Both the position numbers and the translations under genes were made by a program. From Takakia lepidozioides (Eukaryota; Plantae; Bryophyta), in the NCBI GenBank assembly GCA_030704615.1, contig CM060734.1:58404001-58468000 (forward strand): 64,000 nt of DNA, written 5' to 3'. Below are positions 50,338-62,300 of this stretch, one piece after another. Below the pieces are notes generated by a model. It saw only the letters and a program-made list of their open reading frames with translations. It did no database searches and was not told where the DNA came from. Position 1 is the first letter of the stretch, and every line of letters begins with the position of its first letter.

Positions 50338-50802
50338 CTATGGACCATTTCCAGTTTCAGAGCACCATGAGACTGGATATTTAGTTTTACCATCCGATGG
50401 ATCAACGTACGGATCTGTACAAGTCACACACATATTTCCAGTTTCAAGTAGATAAAATGTATATTGCTGAGTGCCACACTGTATTATACCATATGACTTG
50501 GAATCCCAAAGCGGTTGATTTAACCCATCATAAACCACAAGGTTTCCGTCGTCTTGCGCAACCATGTAACAATAGAAACCGTGACCACTAGTGTTTGAGG
50601 CCCATATGGGTTTCATCCCGTCATAATGAGTGTCATACAACACCAAATTACAGTCATCTTGCATATCTAAGGTATAGTGTCCGTTAGAAATTGCATATCC
50701 TGCTTGCATCATCCAATACCCATCCATTGTACGCATAAAGAGTAATGTCATAACCGTCATAATCATCCCCATGACTTTGCTCATACCAACAAGAGTCTCC
50801 AT
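50338..50802 (-). CDS. Bulb-type (GNA-related) mannose-binding lectin, probably secreted, 154 aa, intronless
   Basis: Hydrophobic N-terminus; two QxDxNxVxY sites (QDDCNLVLY, QDDGNLVVY), WASNT and a degenerate third site (LETGNMCVT). Confidence 0.85.
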   Translation of the reverse strand: METLVGMSKVMGMIMTVMTLLFMRTMDGYWMMQAGYAISNGHYTLDMQDDCNLVLYDTHYDGMKPIWASNTSGHGFYCYMVAQDDGNLVVYDGLNQPLWDSKSYGIIQCGTQQYTFYLLETGNMCVTCTDPYVDPSDGKTKYPVSWCSETGNGP

Positions 50803-50874
50803 ATTTTAAAGTGCTAGAAAGATATAATCTAACGTCCACTAGACGAGGTCCAATGAACGTATGATTGTAGAACT

Positions 50875-51398
50875 TGTCGTGCGCATACGTATCGCTACAC
50901 AACTACATCGCTGTCCAAACTACACCACACATATATGCACAATAAAGTAGTCTGCCACAATGATTGAAAACTAAAATCACACTGTTGACACAAAAACACT
51001 CAATACAACACAATCACTCATTAAAACTACGAGTCGAGCCAGGGGCACCCCAAGCTATGGGGACTCCACCCCACAACATCATATTCTCCCTTTATAAGCA
51101 CACTCAGATTCTAAGCAGTGAAGGAGCTCGGTCGTGCAGGCTCAACTCGAGAGAGATGAGCCGCACGACTGACGCTCTCGTGAAGATAAGATGGTTCAGG
51201 TGTCAAGCTAAACTTGACACCTGACTTAACACTTGAACTAAATCCAAGTGTTAAATACAAATAACTAGATTTATTCTAGTTAGTTTCACACTGTGTTTAT
51301 TTAACTTGACAGCTGTCGTGCGCATACGTATCGCTACACAACTACATCGATGTCCAAACTACATCACACATATATGCACAATAAAGTAGTCTGCCACA
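50875..51398 (-). repeat. 3' LTR of the older host retrotransposon, bounded by an 85-bp direct repeat
   Basis: Minus-strand PPT taggggggcgat, then TGTGG... ending ...CGACA. 50875-50959 and 51314-51398 differ at 2 positions. TATA-like tataaa near 51095. Confidence 0.65.
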
Positions 51399-51658
51399 AT
51401 CGCCCCCCTAGCTGGTGGATAGGTCCCTCTAACTCCAGATAGCTACAAGATGTAATAGCCACAGCCGTACTAAGTCCTCTATCACTGTCCCTATTGTACT
51501 CAAACTCTATAGACTAAGAGGCCGGGTACAAGAATAGCCCCATCGTTAGTCGTCGTCTTGCAATCTGTGAACTTGAGCTAGGATCTCATGTGTTCAAGGT
51601 CTCCTAGTAGCTTGGCCTTGCATTTCTTGTTAGTTTTTCATGGTTGTATCCACTCCCA

Positions 51659-52209
51659 CTATCCAATGCAATGCGGACATAACCAATCCCCATCAGGAAC
51701 CATCTCAAGAGGTGGAGTCGAGCATCCCATATGCCAACCTCTAGAGCATCGATCACACACCAGCATGGTGGTTGCCCCTCTAGCAGACCCACACAACATA
51801 CACCTCAAACTTGCAGGTACCACTGTTAGGTTTGGGTCAATCCTGCCATCGACATTCGGAAGGTGACATAACGCACAATTACGCACATGGTCCTTCCAAG
51901 TTATGCCATCCCGACTCTCCAAGATCAAGACGCCTGAGGGCAATACCTCTCGAACCCTCAAAATAACACGTCGTGCAGTTACATCCAAGGTCGTAGAAGT
52001 AGTCTGCTGCAGATAGACATAGTCACCAGGGTTGAATCTTCGAACCCCAGGACGATAGCCCCTACCACGTATGGTAGCATACCTCAACGTATCACGATGT
52101 TGTGCACTGGCAAGGTTCTCGAAAGCCATGGGCATGACTTTCTTGAACAACTCTGCACGCTGATCACATACACGTGCCCACACGTCCGGATCGTCAAGGT
52201 TAAGAACTG
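51659..52209 (-). mobile_element. Integrase C-terminus with PHD finger of an older Ty3/gypsy element (continues at 63936-64000)
   Basis: Removing the nested element and one TSD restores FSPNFLLFG*EPDLPTSIRREAATVLNLDDPDVWARVCDQRAELF..FNPGDYVYL..CMLC..CDRC..HMGC..WLCPHC (C4HC3). Confidence 0.88.
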
Positions 52210-52214
52210 TAGCA

Positions 52215-53226
52215 TGTTAGAGGACTGTCTGGGACTTAGACACTTATACGGGATCTGTAGGGTACCCTTAAGTTTTGTACAGACTGAGACCAACAGGAGC
52301 CTTAGGGGTGACAGCAGTGCACTGTAGAGGGGGGTTACACAGTCCGTCACAGTCCAACACAGCCCGTCACAGTCGTCACAGCCGACACAGCCACACAGCC
52401 AGTCACAGCCGACACAGCCACACAGCCAGTCACAGCCGACACAGCAAGACACAGTCAACACAGCTCGTCACAGCCCAACACATCCATCACAGCCAACACA
52501 GCCCGTCACAGCCGACACAGCCACACAGCCAGTCACAGCCCGACACAGCCAAACACAGTCGCACAGCCAGTCACAGCCCGTCACAGTTTCACACAGCTGT
52601 CACGACCATAGGGAACGGAGAGCAGGACAGGGAACGACTGTGGGGAACAACACCTGCAAATGGAACATGTTAGTTCACGGACGACGGTTAGTGAGGGAAA
52701 CGGTTAGAGCCACGGGTAGGAAGATAAAGCGAGAAGCAAGGACTGAGAAGGGGGATTCTTGGAAGCACTTCGGACATCATTGGGGGAAAGGAAGAGGGAG
52801 CGGATCTCTGAGCAGAAAGATGGAGAACACGGAGTAGGAGGAGGAGGAGGTATTGAGGCGTAATGAACGCAGGCAGTAGAATTGTAATGTAGAGCAGATT
52901 AGAGACTCCATGGCTTCAGCCTGATACTTGATAAATATTAATCTGATACACACTTCATACTCACACTGTGTAGAGAGATCTGAGTGAAGCTGTGGAATGA
53001 ATGGATGAGTTGATGGAGCAAACTGATACTTAATTACCAGCAGTAAGGTAACTAGCTAACATGAATGCGGGAAGGAAAACAAATAGGAAACACCCCCATG
53101 ATACACTAGCTGTAGGTCATGACTGATTGTTCTGAGCGGGCTGAGTACTTAGAGATTTTCAACTCTTCTATCTTGGAGTTTCCGCCTCGGATAGCGAAGG
53201 GATGGGTGAGTAAAAGCCGCGCGACA
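52215..53226 (+). repeat. 5' LTR (1012 bp) with CACAGCC minisatellite
   Basis: TGTTAGAGG...GCGCGACA; about 14 substitutions versus the 3' LTR by eye, plus minisatellite unit indels. Confidence 0.97.
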
Positions 53227-53228
53227 TT

Positions 53229-53246
53229 TGGCGACCATACTGGGGA
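53229..53246 (+). promoter_or_regulatory. Primer binding site (probably tRNA-Arg-like)
   Basis: TGGCGACCATACTGGGGA begins 2 nt after the LTR. It resembles the TGGCGAC..CTGGGGA tRNA-Arg PBS of Tat/Ogre elements; tRNA identity is not verified. Confidence 0.75.
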
Positions 53247-53990
53247 ACTGAGTCATGAACAACCAGATGTGACAGGCATCTGGTGGGATCATGGTGGTTG
53301 GACCATAAGAATTTGAAGTGAATCAAATTCTCTGTGGAACGAAGGAAGAAAGATTGTCCAAACAATTCTTTCAAAGGTTCTTGGAATTGCCAGACGGTTG
53401 TAAGGAAAATATTCTTAAGCGAGTACATGATGCTGATCCGGAATGGGGTCTGGAGAAAGGAGTGATAAAGATTTATCAGGTAGCCTGTAGAGGAAGAGCA
53501 CGTTGGTTTATGTGATAGCATTGCTATCCATTAAGCGAGTAGAGTTTGAAGGCTGGGAAGAAAGAAAGGTGAATGTTTATACTCATATGCATGAAGAGCT
53601 TGTACTGGTAAAGAATTGGATTCCAAAGGATATTTTGTGGATCAAACTCACACCAAGAACAGCTTTCCAGACTTGTTTGCCATATGGTTATATGGTAACG
53701 GAGACTTCAAGTATAGCCAAGGGTGCATTGAAGCTTGAAAGAAACCCAGGCATATACGAGAGATATTACAGGAGAGAGTTTTGGTTATTGCCACATTAAA
53801 AAGAAATGAAAGACATGGGACATGAGTGATGAAAGAGAAGCTAGACGCCAGAGATATTCAGCAAAAAGAGAAAGCTATCTGAAAGCTAATTATCCATATC
53901 TTTGGGAGAGAGGAATAGACATCATCCATATCTGGACCTCTCACACCATTAAGATCAAAGAGTACATCACCCATACCGGAAGAACTAGAG

Positions 53991-56900
53991 TTGGATGCCA
54001 CTCCTTCTGTTTCTTTGCAAGAAAGATTCAGGGAATTGGTACAGGAAGAAGATCAATCACGAGGTGAAAGATCTGAGGTACATCCCTGGATAAAAGATTT
54101 GACAGAAATCTTTGATAAGAGTTGGCATGGAACACCAAAAGCAGGAACTCCAGTTTCTGAAGCGGAAGGTGAAGAAGGAGAAGAGGATGTGGCAGAGCCA
54201 ACGGAGAGTTCAGACTCTCCAACACCATTACAGTTGAGTTACATGAGTGAAGAAGAAACCCAAGGGCAGAACTTGGAGGATGAAAACAGAGAGAAGAAAT
54301 TGAAAGAGAAAGAATATGAAGAAGTAGACCCAACAGCTGAGGTTGAGACTACAACCAGGACATCCCAACCCGTTGGACCTGGATCAAGTGGAGCACTTGG
54401 ATCACAGGCCAACGAAGGTGTCGGCTCAGGGGGATCAGGCGGGCTGCCTGGATCTGGCTCTGGGGGGACAGGGAGTGTGGGAAGTAGTGCAACTGAAGCT
54501 GGGAATACTGTGAATATCGTGGGGCCGGAAGCAGGGAGTGCTCAAGGGCCACCACTTGGTGAAAGATCCACCACAAAAACAACAGGTCCAGAAGGACCAG
54601 CACCAGCAAGGGTGCCAACACCTGTCAGTGGGCAGAAGGTAGGGCCACAGATGGCGTTACAACCAACACGGGCAAAACCACCCTTTCCAATATATTCAGG
54701 AAAAGGGGATCCTGATGTACACATTAGCCAATTTGAGCACATGTGTATAGTGAACAATGAGAATGGCGATGATGCCAAGATGAGATTGTTTCCTTGTTCA
54801 CTTATAAAGAAAGCAAGTGAATGGTATGCAAGATTCCCTGATAATCATTTCCTAACCTGGAATGGCTTGAATACAGCATTCCAAAATAGGTTCAAGACAA
54901 GTAAAACTGAGGATGAAGTGTATGGAAGTTTACAACAGTTAAAGCAAAAGAAGCATGAAACTGTTGAGGAGTATATGGAAAAGGAATTGATGATGAAAAA
55001 GCTGGCTGCAGTACCAGCACCAGGTTTACAAAAGACTTGGTTTGTGAGTGGACTAAGACCAGTGTTGCAAAAGAAAGTGGATATATTACCCCATAATACA
55101 GTGGAGGAGGCATTTGAAACTGCAAACAGAATTGAGCAATTGGGAATGCTCAGGAGAGAGAAAAAGGATGATGAGGACTCTGAGGATGAGTCAGATGAAG
55201 AAGAAGAGCAAGAACTAAAAAGGAAGAGTAAGAGAAAGGAGAAGTTGAAGAGGGATAACTATGAAAAAAGATTGGAAGAAATCTTGAAGAAGTATGCCAC
55301 AGAGGTTGCAACACATTGGAGGAAGGGTGTATGGTGTGCAAAGTGCCAGAATGAAGGCCATACCACCACAGAATGCCACATGAAGGAGAAACACTGTACT
55401 ATCTGTAAAATGGATAACCATTCTACTGAGAATTGTTACTACAACAGAAGGACAGCTGCAAGAGAACCTAGGCAAGTAAGGGTGCATCAGGTGCAGCCCC
55501 AGCCAAGAAGAAACAATGATCAGGACCACTATGGTAGGTCTGGTGGTTATAACAATGGCATGGAAGGGAGAGGTAATTCAAGAGGAAATTACCAAGGAAA
55601 TTCCAGAGGCAACTATCAGGGTAATCCAAGGGGGAATTACCAGCCCGGGAATCAGGATTACAGAAATAATCCAAGAACAGACCAAGGGCGAGGACCCAAT
55701 GGTGAAGAACTATGTTACTATTGTAATCAGCCAGGACATCGCAAGGCAGCCTGTTCATTCTGGATAAGACACCAGAATGAGATGAAAGCTCCTGTGAATG
55801 AGGGCCCAGTGATGGCAGCTCACATGGTTAGGCCATGTGTTGTACCAGAAGTAAGTACAATGATAATAACAAGAAGTAAAGCCAAACTAATACCTCCAGT
55901 AGTAGAGGAAGAAGATGATAATGAAGGTGGCAGTGATATGCCTGAAGATGATGAGGCTTGGAGAGATGAGAAGGAACTGCACAAGGAAGTGGCAGATACC
56001 ATAAGGGAAATGCAGAAGAGTACTGGTATTCCTGTGGCAGATTCCTCTGATTCTGATGGAGAAGAAGAAGGGAGTGAGGATGAAAGGAAGAAAGAAGATG
56101 CAGACATGCAAAGTAATGAAGAGACTTTGGCTGAAGTAATATGCCAGACCAAAGCAGAGATTACCATTGGACAGCTATTGGCTGTGGCACCTTATTGTAG
56201 GCACAAGCTGTATCAAGCAATCAATCGAATTGCCCAGGAGACAGGAAACACAGACCTGAACAGCAAGGTGACCAGTTATAATGTGAAGCCGGAAGGGCAA
56301 GAAACAGTCATGGACTTTGATGATTCTATGCCAGTAATCCAATTGAGAATTGGAAGCACAGAACTAACTGATGTATTGATAGATGGAGGTTTTGGAATAA
56401 ATATCATGACAGACCAATTAAGAAAGAAGCTTGGTCTAAGTAACATGAAACCAGCCCCATTTACAGTAACAATGGCAGATCAAAGAAGTGTACAGCCATT
56501 GGGATTAATAAGAGGAGTTAAGATACAGATACAAAAGATGATCTTTATGATCACAGTAAGTGTGTTGAAGATGGATGAAGTCATGGAGGCTTACTCCTTA
56601 TTATTGGGACGTCCGTGGCTGAAACAGGCCAGGGTATTCCATGACTGGAATTCTCAGTTACTAACCGTGCATAATGGGATACACGAGATACAAATTACCA
56701 CAAAGAAATCTAGTAGATTACCTGCTACAAGAAGACATCGAGGAGTCAGAGAGTATGACTGGAGAGGAGGACTGGATGAGGAGCAGGAAGCTACCCTATT
56801 TGCTGCACACCCAGAGTGGGAGCAGGTTGCAGAGATGCGGCTGGAAAGCCTAAGTTGTTTAAGAGGTATCTGCTGTGGTGTAGTGACAGCAACACCAACT

Positions 56901-57325
56901 GAAGAGGAAACCAGCAGTTACCCATCACATTTCTATGAAGAAAGAGAAAGAGAAATGGAAATCCTAGACGAACCAGCCACTGTGAGCTTACAGGATGAAG
57001 TGGTGACTGGTTGGACAATCACAGCTGATGAGCAGGTGAGGGAAGTGAATGTGGGAACTAAAGAGGAACTGAGGATGGTGAAAGTAGGAGCTGATTTGGA
57101 GCCAGAATTCTTTGAAGAAGCTAAGAGCTTGTTCATCAAATACAGAGATGTATTTGCTTGGAGCTATGAGGATTTAAAAGGGATACCACCTGAAATCTGT
57201 CAGCATAAGATTGAACTGGAACCAGGGTCAGTACCAATCAAGCAGGCGAGGTACAGAATGAATCCCAACTACGCACAGAAGGTTGGAGAAGAGATCAAGA
57301 AGTTGGCTGAGGCTAAGTTTATATA
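53991..57325 (+). CDS. gag-pol: Gag-protease polyprotein with truncated RT start
   Basis: Capsid region PIYSGKGDPDVHI..WYARF..FQNRF; three CX2CX4HX4C knuckles; protease LIDGG(F)GINIM; RT start DVFAWSYEDLKGIPPEICQHKIEL..KFIY, then an abrupt break. The true start codon is uncertain. Confidence 0.9.
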
Positions 57326-58110
57326 TCATTCATCACAACTCTGACAATACTCGTGTACATCTTTGAACAAAGTAGGCCACCAGTAACCTGCGAGTAGTAT
57401 CTTCCTACTGGTAGTCTCTTCTCCAAAATGACCTCCAGCCACTCCTTTATGAACTTCCTCCAAAACTTTATGTACTTCATGGTGGTACAAGCATCGTTTT
57501 AGTACTCCATCAGGTCCTAGCTTATACATTCTGCTTCCTACCATAGTATAAGGTAAAGCTTTGATAGCGATTCTCTTCCTCTGCTCCTTACCATAACTAG
57601 GTGGGCACTGACCATGAGCAAGGTAGTATCTGATTGGCCACTGCCAATCTAACCAGTCATCTGCACTGTCAGCAGCTTTGTATCCCAATCCGTTCTGTTT
57701 GCATTGACTATCTTAGCCAAGATAGTACATAGTATTTTGTTGGTAGCCTCTGCCTGCCCATTACCCTGTGGGTAATATGTTGTACTCTTCCTATGCACAA
57801 TCATGAGTTCTTTAGTCAATAATTCAATGGTCTCGTTAATGAAGTGACTTCCCTGATCACTGATAAATTCTAAGGGACAGCCAAATCGTGTAAGTATGTT
57901 CTCATACAGGAACCTTGCTATGGACTTGGCTGTGTTGTCCCTCAAAGCTTTAGCTTCCACCCACTTCGTAGTATAATCAGTGGCTGTAATTATGTACCTG
58001 TTCCGTGTATTCTTGGCTGGTGGGTTAATTGGTCCAAGAAAGTCTAGTCCCCATTTCTGAAATGGTTCCGTAGGCATTGTAGGATGCAAGGCCATCCTTC
58101 CAGATCTCTG
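57326..58110 (-). pseudogene. Inverted, permuted integrase block (DDE core, then HHCC zinc domain)
   Basis: 58110-57680: QRSG..WGLDFLGP..ISDQGSHF..PQGNGQAEATNK..WDTKL. 57680-57326: HKGVAGGHF..GYWWPTLFKD..CQSCDE. Confidence 0.93.
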
Positions 58111-58320
58111 CAAAGGAACTAAAAACTTTTAAGACGGGAGATTTGGTTCTATGGTTGCAGAAGAAGGGAAAAATTAAAGCTTCTAAGCTTAAATCACCAT
58201 GGAAAGGACCTTATGTCATACAAAAGATGTATGATAACAACACCGCCCATGTTACAAACCATTAACAAAGAAATGCTGGGAAGAGTCAATGCCAATAAGT
58301 TAAAGGGATACAGTGGTATC
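58111..58320 (+). pseudogene. Integrase C-terminal GPY/F module in the original orientation, frameshifted
   Basis: KTFKTGDLVLW..KLKSPWKGPYVI.., then, after a frameshift, GRVNANKLKGY. Confidence 0.85.
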
Positions 58321-58449
58321 CATGACAAACCATTGCAGCATGATTTGCATGTTGAAACGCAAGAGCAGTCACGGGCTGCGCCAGTGTTACCAACGGAGTA
58401 TGGAGCACTTGTCGCTAGGCCAAGCATATATGACCAGGGCGGGCAGAAC

Positions 58450-58636
58450 AAGCGTGACACAGCCTATCACAGCCTATCAAGGCGAAACACAGCCTATCAC
58501 AGCCCATCACAACGTGACACAGCCTATCACAGCCCAGCACGGCGCAACACAGCCTATTACAACCTACCACCGTGTGTCACAGCCTATCACAGCGTACCAC
58601 AGTATGACACAGCCTGTCACAGCTCAACACAGCCTA
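58450..58636 (+). repeat. 30-bp tandem repeat (about 6 units) built from CACAGCC-containing 10-mers
   Basis: cgtgacacagcctatcacagcctatcaagg / cgaaacacagcctatcacagcccatcacaa / cgtgacacagcctatcacagcccagcacgg ... Confidence 0.9.
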
Positions 58637-59332
58637 CTAGGGTTACACGATCCATAGAATCAGTGACAGGTGGACACAAGATAACTTCAGGGAAATGGCC
58701 GGCGAAAGAAAGGACGGAAGCCAGTTTAAAAATGGACACGTGGAAGTTAGGGCGCGACACACAGCTGAGAAGGAAGTGCAAGAGCAGGTGTCATAAAGAA
58801 AGAGGACAAGAATGGCCGTCAAAATACCTAATCAGCGCGTCAAATTGGATGAATGGCGGGCCCATTAATGAATACAGAAAAGGGGCAACAGAACAAACGG
58901 CAAGTACAGAAAAATGAAATTCTTGTCACATGTGTAATCCTAGTGGACAGTCCAGCAGGGAAAGTCCACTAAAGAAAATTAAATCTAAAATCCTGTCACA
59001 GAAGTTACAGCCAAAGGATCAAGAAATTGGAGGGAAATTAAGCGCAAGAGGCGGCGTCGTTCTGAGTAACGGGCGTCTCGACGGGACAAACCATCAATGC
59101 TATAGCTTGGAAACTATGGAGGAACTAACAGACTATACGCTCGCAATATTACTTACGCAGTGGCATAGTCACGAAAGAACAGAGCGGAGCTTTTCTCTTG
59201 ATCAATGCTTGCAAGCTCCACAGGCTTACAAGAAATTACCCATGGCTTTTTGTGGCAACCATACGTTTATGCTTTGTGCACTACAGGCATTTCTTCAATT
59301 GTTACAGCCAAAAACAGTTCTGTGGGTCTAAA

Positions 59333-62300
59333 ATGAAGAGAGTGAGAGGAATGGAGGAAATCAGGGTGAAGAGCACCACAATTCTGCATAAACAAACGAT
59401 TGCTACCCCACAGGCGATACAGATACTGAAGGAGCTGAGATTGCAAGGATTGCAAAGCATAGATTGGACATTGCACCATAGACAGTACATGTTACAATTC
59501 TTGCAGAACTTTGAGCCAAGGACAGGAACAACAACGGTGAAGGGAGTTGAATTAGTAATTACTCCCCTATACCTCCAGCAATTGTTTCAATTGCCAGCAT
59601 GTCAGGTGCATGTGGAGGAGCACAGGGCAAGACTACAAATAGGGGACTTATTCCAAGAAAGGGGTTTCTTTAAAACTCGGGGTTATGCTTGTACCAAGGC
59701 CGTATACCCAGGGCTACAGGAGGTAGGCCAGGTATTGAACGTTCTGATTGCCATGAAATAGAACCAACAGTATTTGAGCAGATCCTTCACGGAGGAAACA
59801 CTCAAAGCCCTGAAAGGACAAGAGGTAGAATGGGCGGACATAATGTACAACGCACTAGTAGAGGAGATGAAAAGATTACAAGGTACTACCGCAAAGTCTC
59901 CTATCATAGTGTCTGGCCCAATCATTACTCAAATAATTCTTGATTCTGGCATACTTGATGCGCAAGAAAGAAAGGAGATGGGAGTGTTTGAGCCAGAAAC
60001 CACTGCAATGGAAGAGCAAGGCTCTTCACACAGTGAGGGTGGACTAGCAGGGCAACCCGAGACTAAGAGGCAGAGACGGGGAAAGACTGTGGTGGCGGAT
60101 CCATTGGCTTCACGGATTCCGCATGATAATGTTTCCCAAGCTCATGTGCAGGAAGGGGCACAGCAGCACAGAGAACTGCTATTACTAGAAGCAGGACCTT
60201 CAGAGAGGGAAGAGGAAGTTACTTCAGTATCACAGCCATCACAGCCAGATGATCGGCTTGTCACAAGGTTACAAGTTGTCAATGCAGCTCAACCAGAAAT
60301 AATTGATTTGGAAAAAGAAGGGTTAGATATTCCAACTACAGAACAGATAGTGGCAGAAATTGAGAAGGGGGACCTTCTCTATGAATATTCTGGTCTGGTC
60401 AAGGAGACAGAGATTCCGGAGGTGCAACAATTGTCCAGGGGAAACCCTGCGGTGCATATAGTACACACACCTGTGACGGAGGTACCACAGGTAGAATGCC
60501 AAGACACTGCAGCACCGGTGACGAATGAAGTGGTTCAGGAAGAAAATCTGGTGGGGCAATGGCCTGAATGGTTTGTAGGGCATCACAATGTTGAGGATCA
60601 AAGAGAACAGCAGCAAGCTCACCAAAATGACCCTCAACAGGCTATACTTATGAGTTCCATAAGCAAGACACTGAATTTGTTGGGTACATATGTCAAATCC
60701 CATATTCCCACTACTCAATTGGCAGCTTTGAGGGAGGAACTCAAGAAAGAGTTTGAGGCTCGACTTGCCACAGAGTGTGCAAACAAGGTCGATGAAGAGG
60801 TCACTCTCAAAATGCAGCAAGACTTGGAGAGTAAAGAAACGGCTTTGCAATTGGCCAAGGAACAATTGATTGAGGCAGGTCTCGCGCAAGACCAGTTGCA
60901 CGAAGCACATAAGCAACAGCTATACCAAATGCAGGTACAGCATGAAAGCAAGTTGCAAGAAGTGAATGCACTACATACGGAGTTGCAGACAGTGCATGAC
61001 AGGATGGCGATACAATGTGCTACATTCACAACTATGCTTGACCAATCTACAAAAGAAATAAACAGTCAAGCGGAAAAAAATATGAAGGCAGAAGCAGAGA
61101 ATGTTGAGCAAATGAAACTCATTGTCGACATGAAGAATACAATCTGTCACAATGAGGATATTTTCAAGCAATACAGGCAGATTGAAGCTGATCAAGAGAA
61201 GCACATCCTGGAGTTGCAACAAACGATAATGGCCAATAGAAATGAAATCACGGTCAATAACAAGGCTTGGAAGGAAGCCAATAATCTACTTGCTGCCTAT
61301 GCGAATTTGGTTGAACCTCATGCGAAGCGCATGGAGGCTTTACAACAGCAGTTAGAAGTGTACAAACTAAGAGATGAGCACACTCTCAGGGGAACCACAA
61401 GCAACTTGGTGGATAACAGCCTTATGCAGGTCTGGTTAGCACAAGGGCCAGTGGAGGGCAAAGCACCACGAAAGCTCACCCAAAGCGAGATGAATGAGCT
61501 CAGACTGCAAGTGCAGAACATTGCCACAACTACTATAGACAATGTCTATAGTAGGATAGCGGAGTTACAGGAGGATGTAGACGGACTGCAGAAGCAAGTA
61601 GAGGACCTCACTTCAAATATCGACAAAAGAGTCTATATCCCTCAGGAACAGCTAATGGCTTCTTATTTACAAGCCAGAACTTTGGCTTTTCAGTCTTCTT
61701 CACAGGAGGTGCAGGAGATGCCAATGATGCAAGAGCCAGTACCACCAACACCACAACAAGTCACTGTACCAGTAGCTGAACCTGTTGTTACTACAACCAC
61801 ACCACAGCCACCACAGCCGGAGGTATGGGGTAATGCTGCTTTTAACCCACCTAAAACTCCAGCTGCAAGGGAGTACAGTAGGGCTATGATTATGCCCTTC
61901 AACCAAATTCCCATCATGTTGGATTTGGCTTGGAAAGAATTTAGTCCTCCGCAGTCATTCGCACATTACTACCAAATCATGCGTATTTGGCTGCCAGTGG
62001 CAACTAGGACTAAAGTTCTTCCGAACAATCGACATATTGAGGATCATCACTTTGCACAATACTGGCATGAGGCAAGTACAATGTTGAAGGAATTAATTGT
62101 CTTCCAAGTTGTACATTGATTCATTTATACCAAGACCAAGGAGGTAGCAAGTATTGTCATGGGATGCGGGCTATACTACGCTGCTTGTTTTCTGGTACGT
62201 TATCACATTGAGCAACACAAGATGCAATCGCGCTTTCTGAGTTATTCCAGTGGGGATCATTGGGTCTTACCTTCAGTGTCACCTCATATGTACCTATATG

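Noticed and set aside
52338-52600. Repeat arrays here, at 58450 and at 15852 as CRISPR arrays
   Set aside because: Eukaryotic context, no constant repeat with unique spacers and no cas genes; they are explained as minisatellites and LINE tails.
52275-52837. ORFs inside the LTRs (His/Ser/Gln-rich)
   Set aside because: They are products of low-complexity repeats duplicated with the LTR, with no domain signal.
58213-58917. 234-aa ORF as a separate gene
   Set aside because: It is the frameshifted integrase tail reading through a stop-free 30-bp minisatellite.
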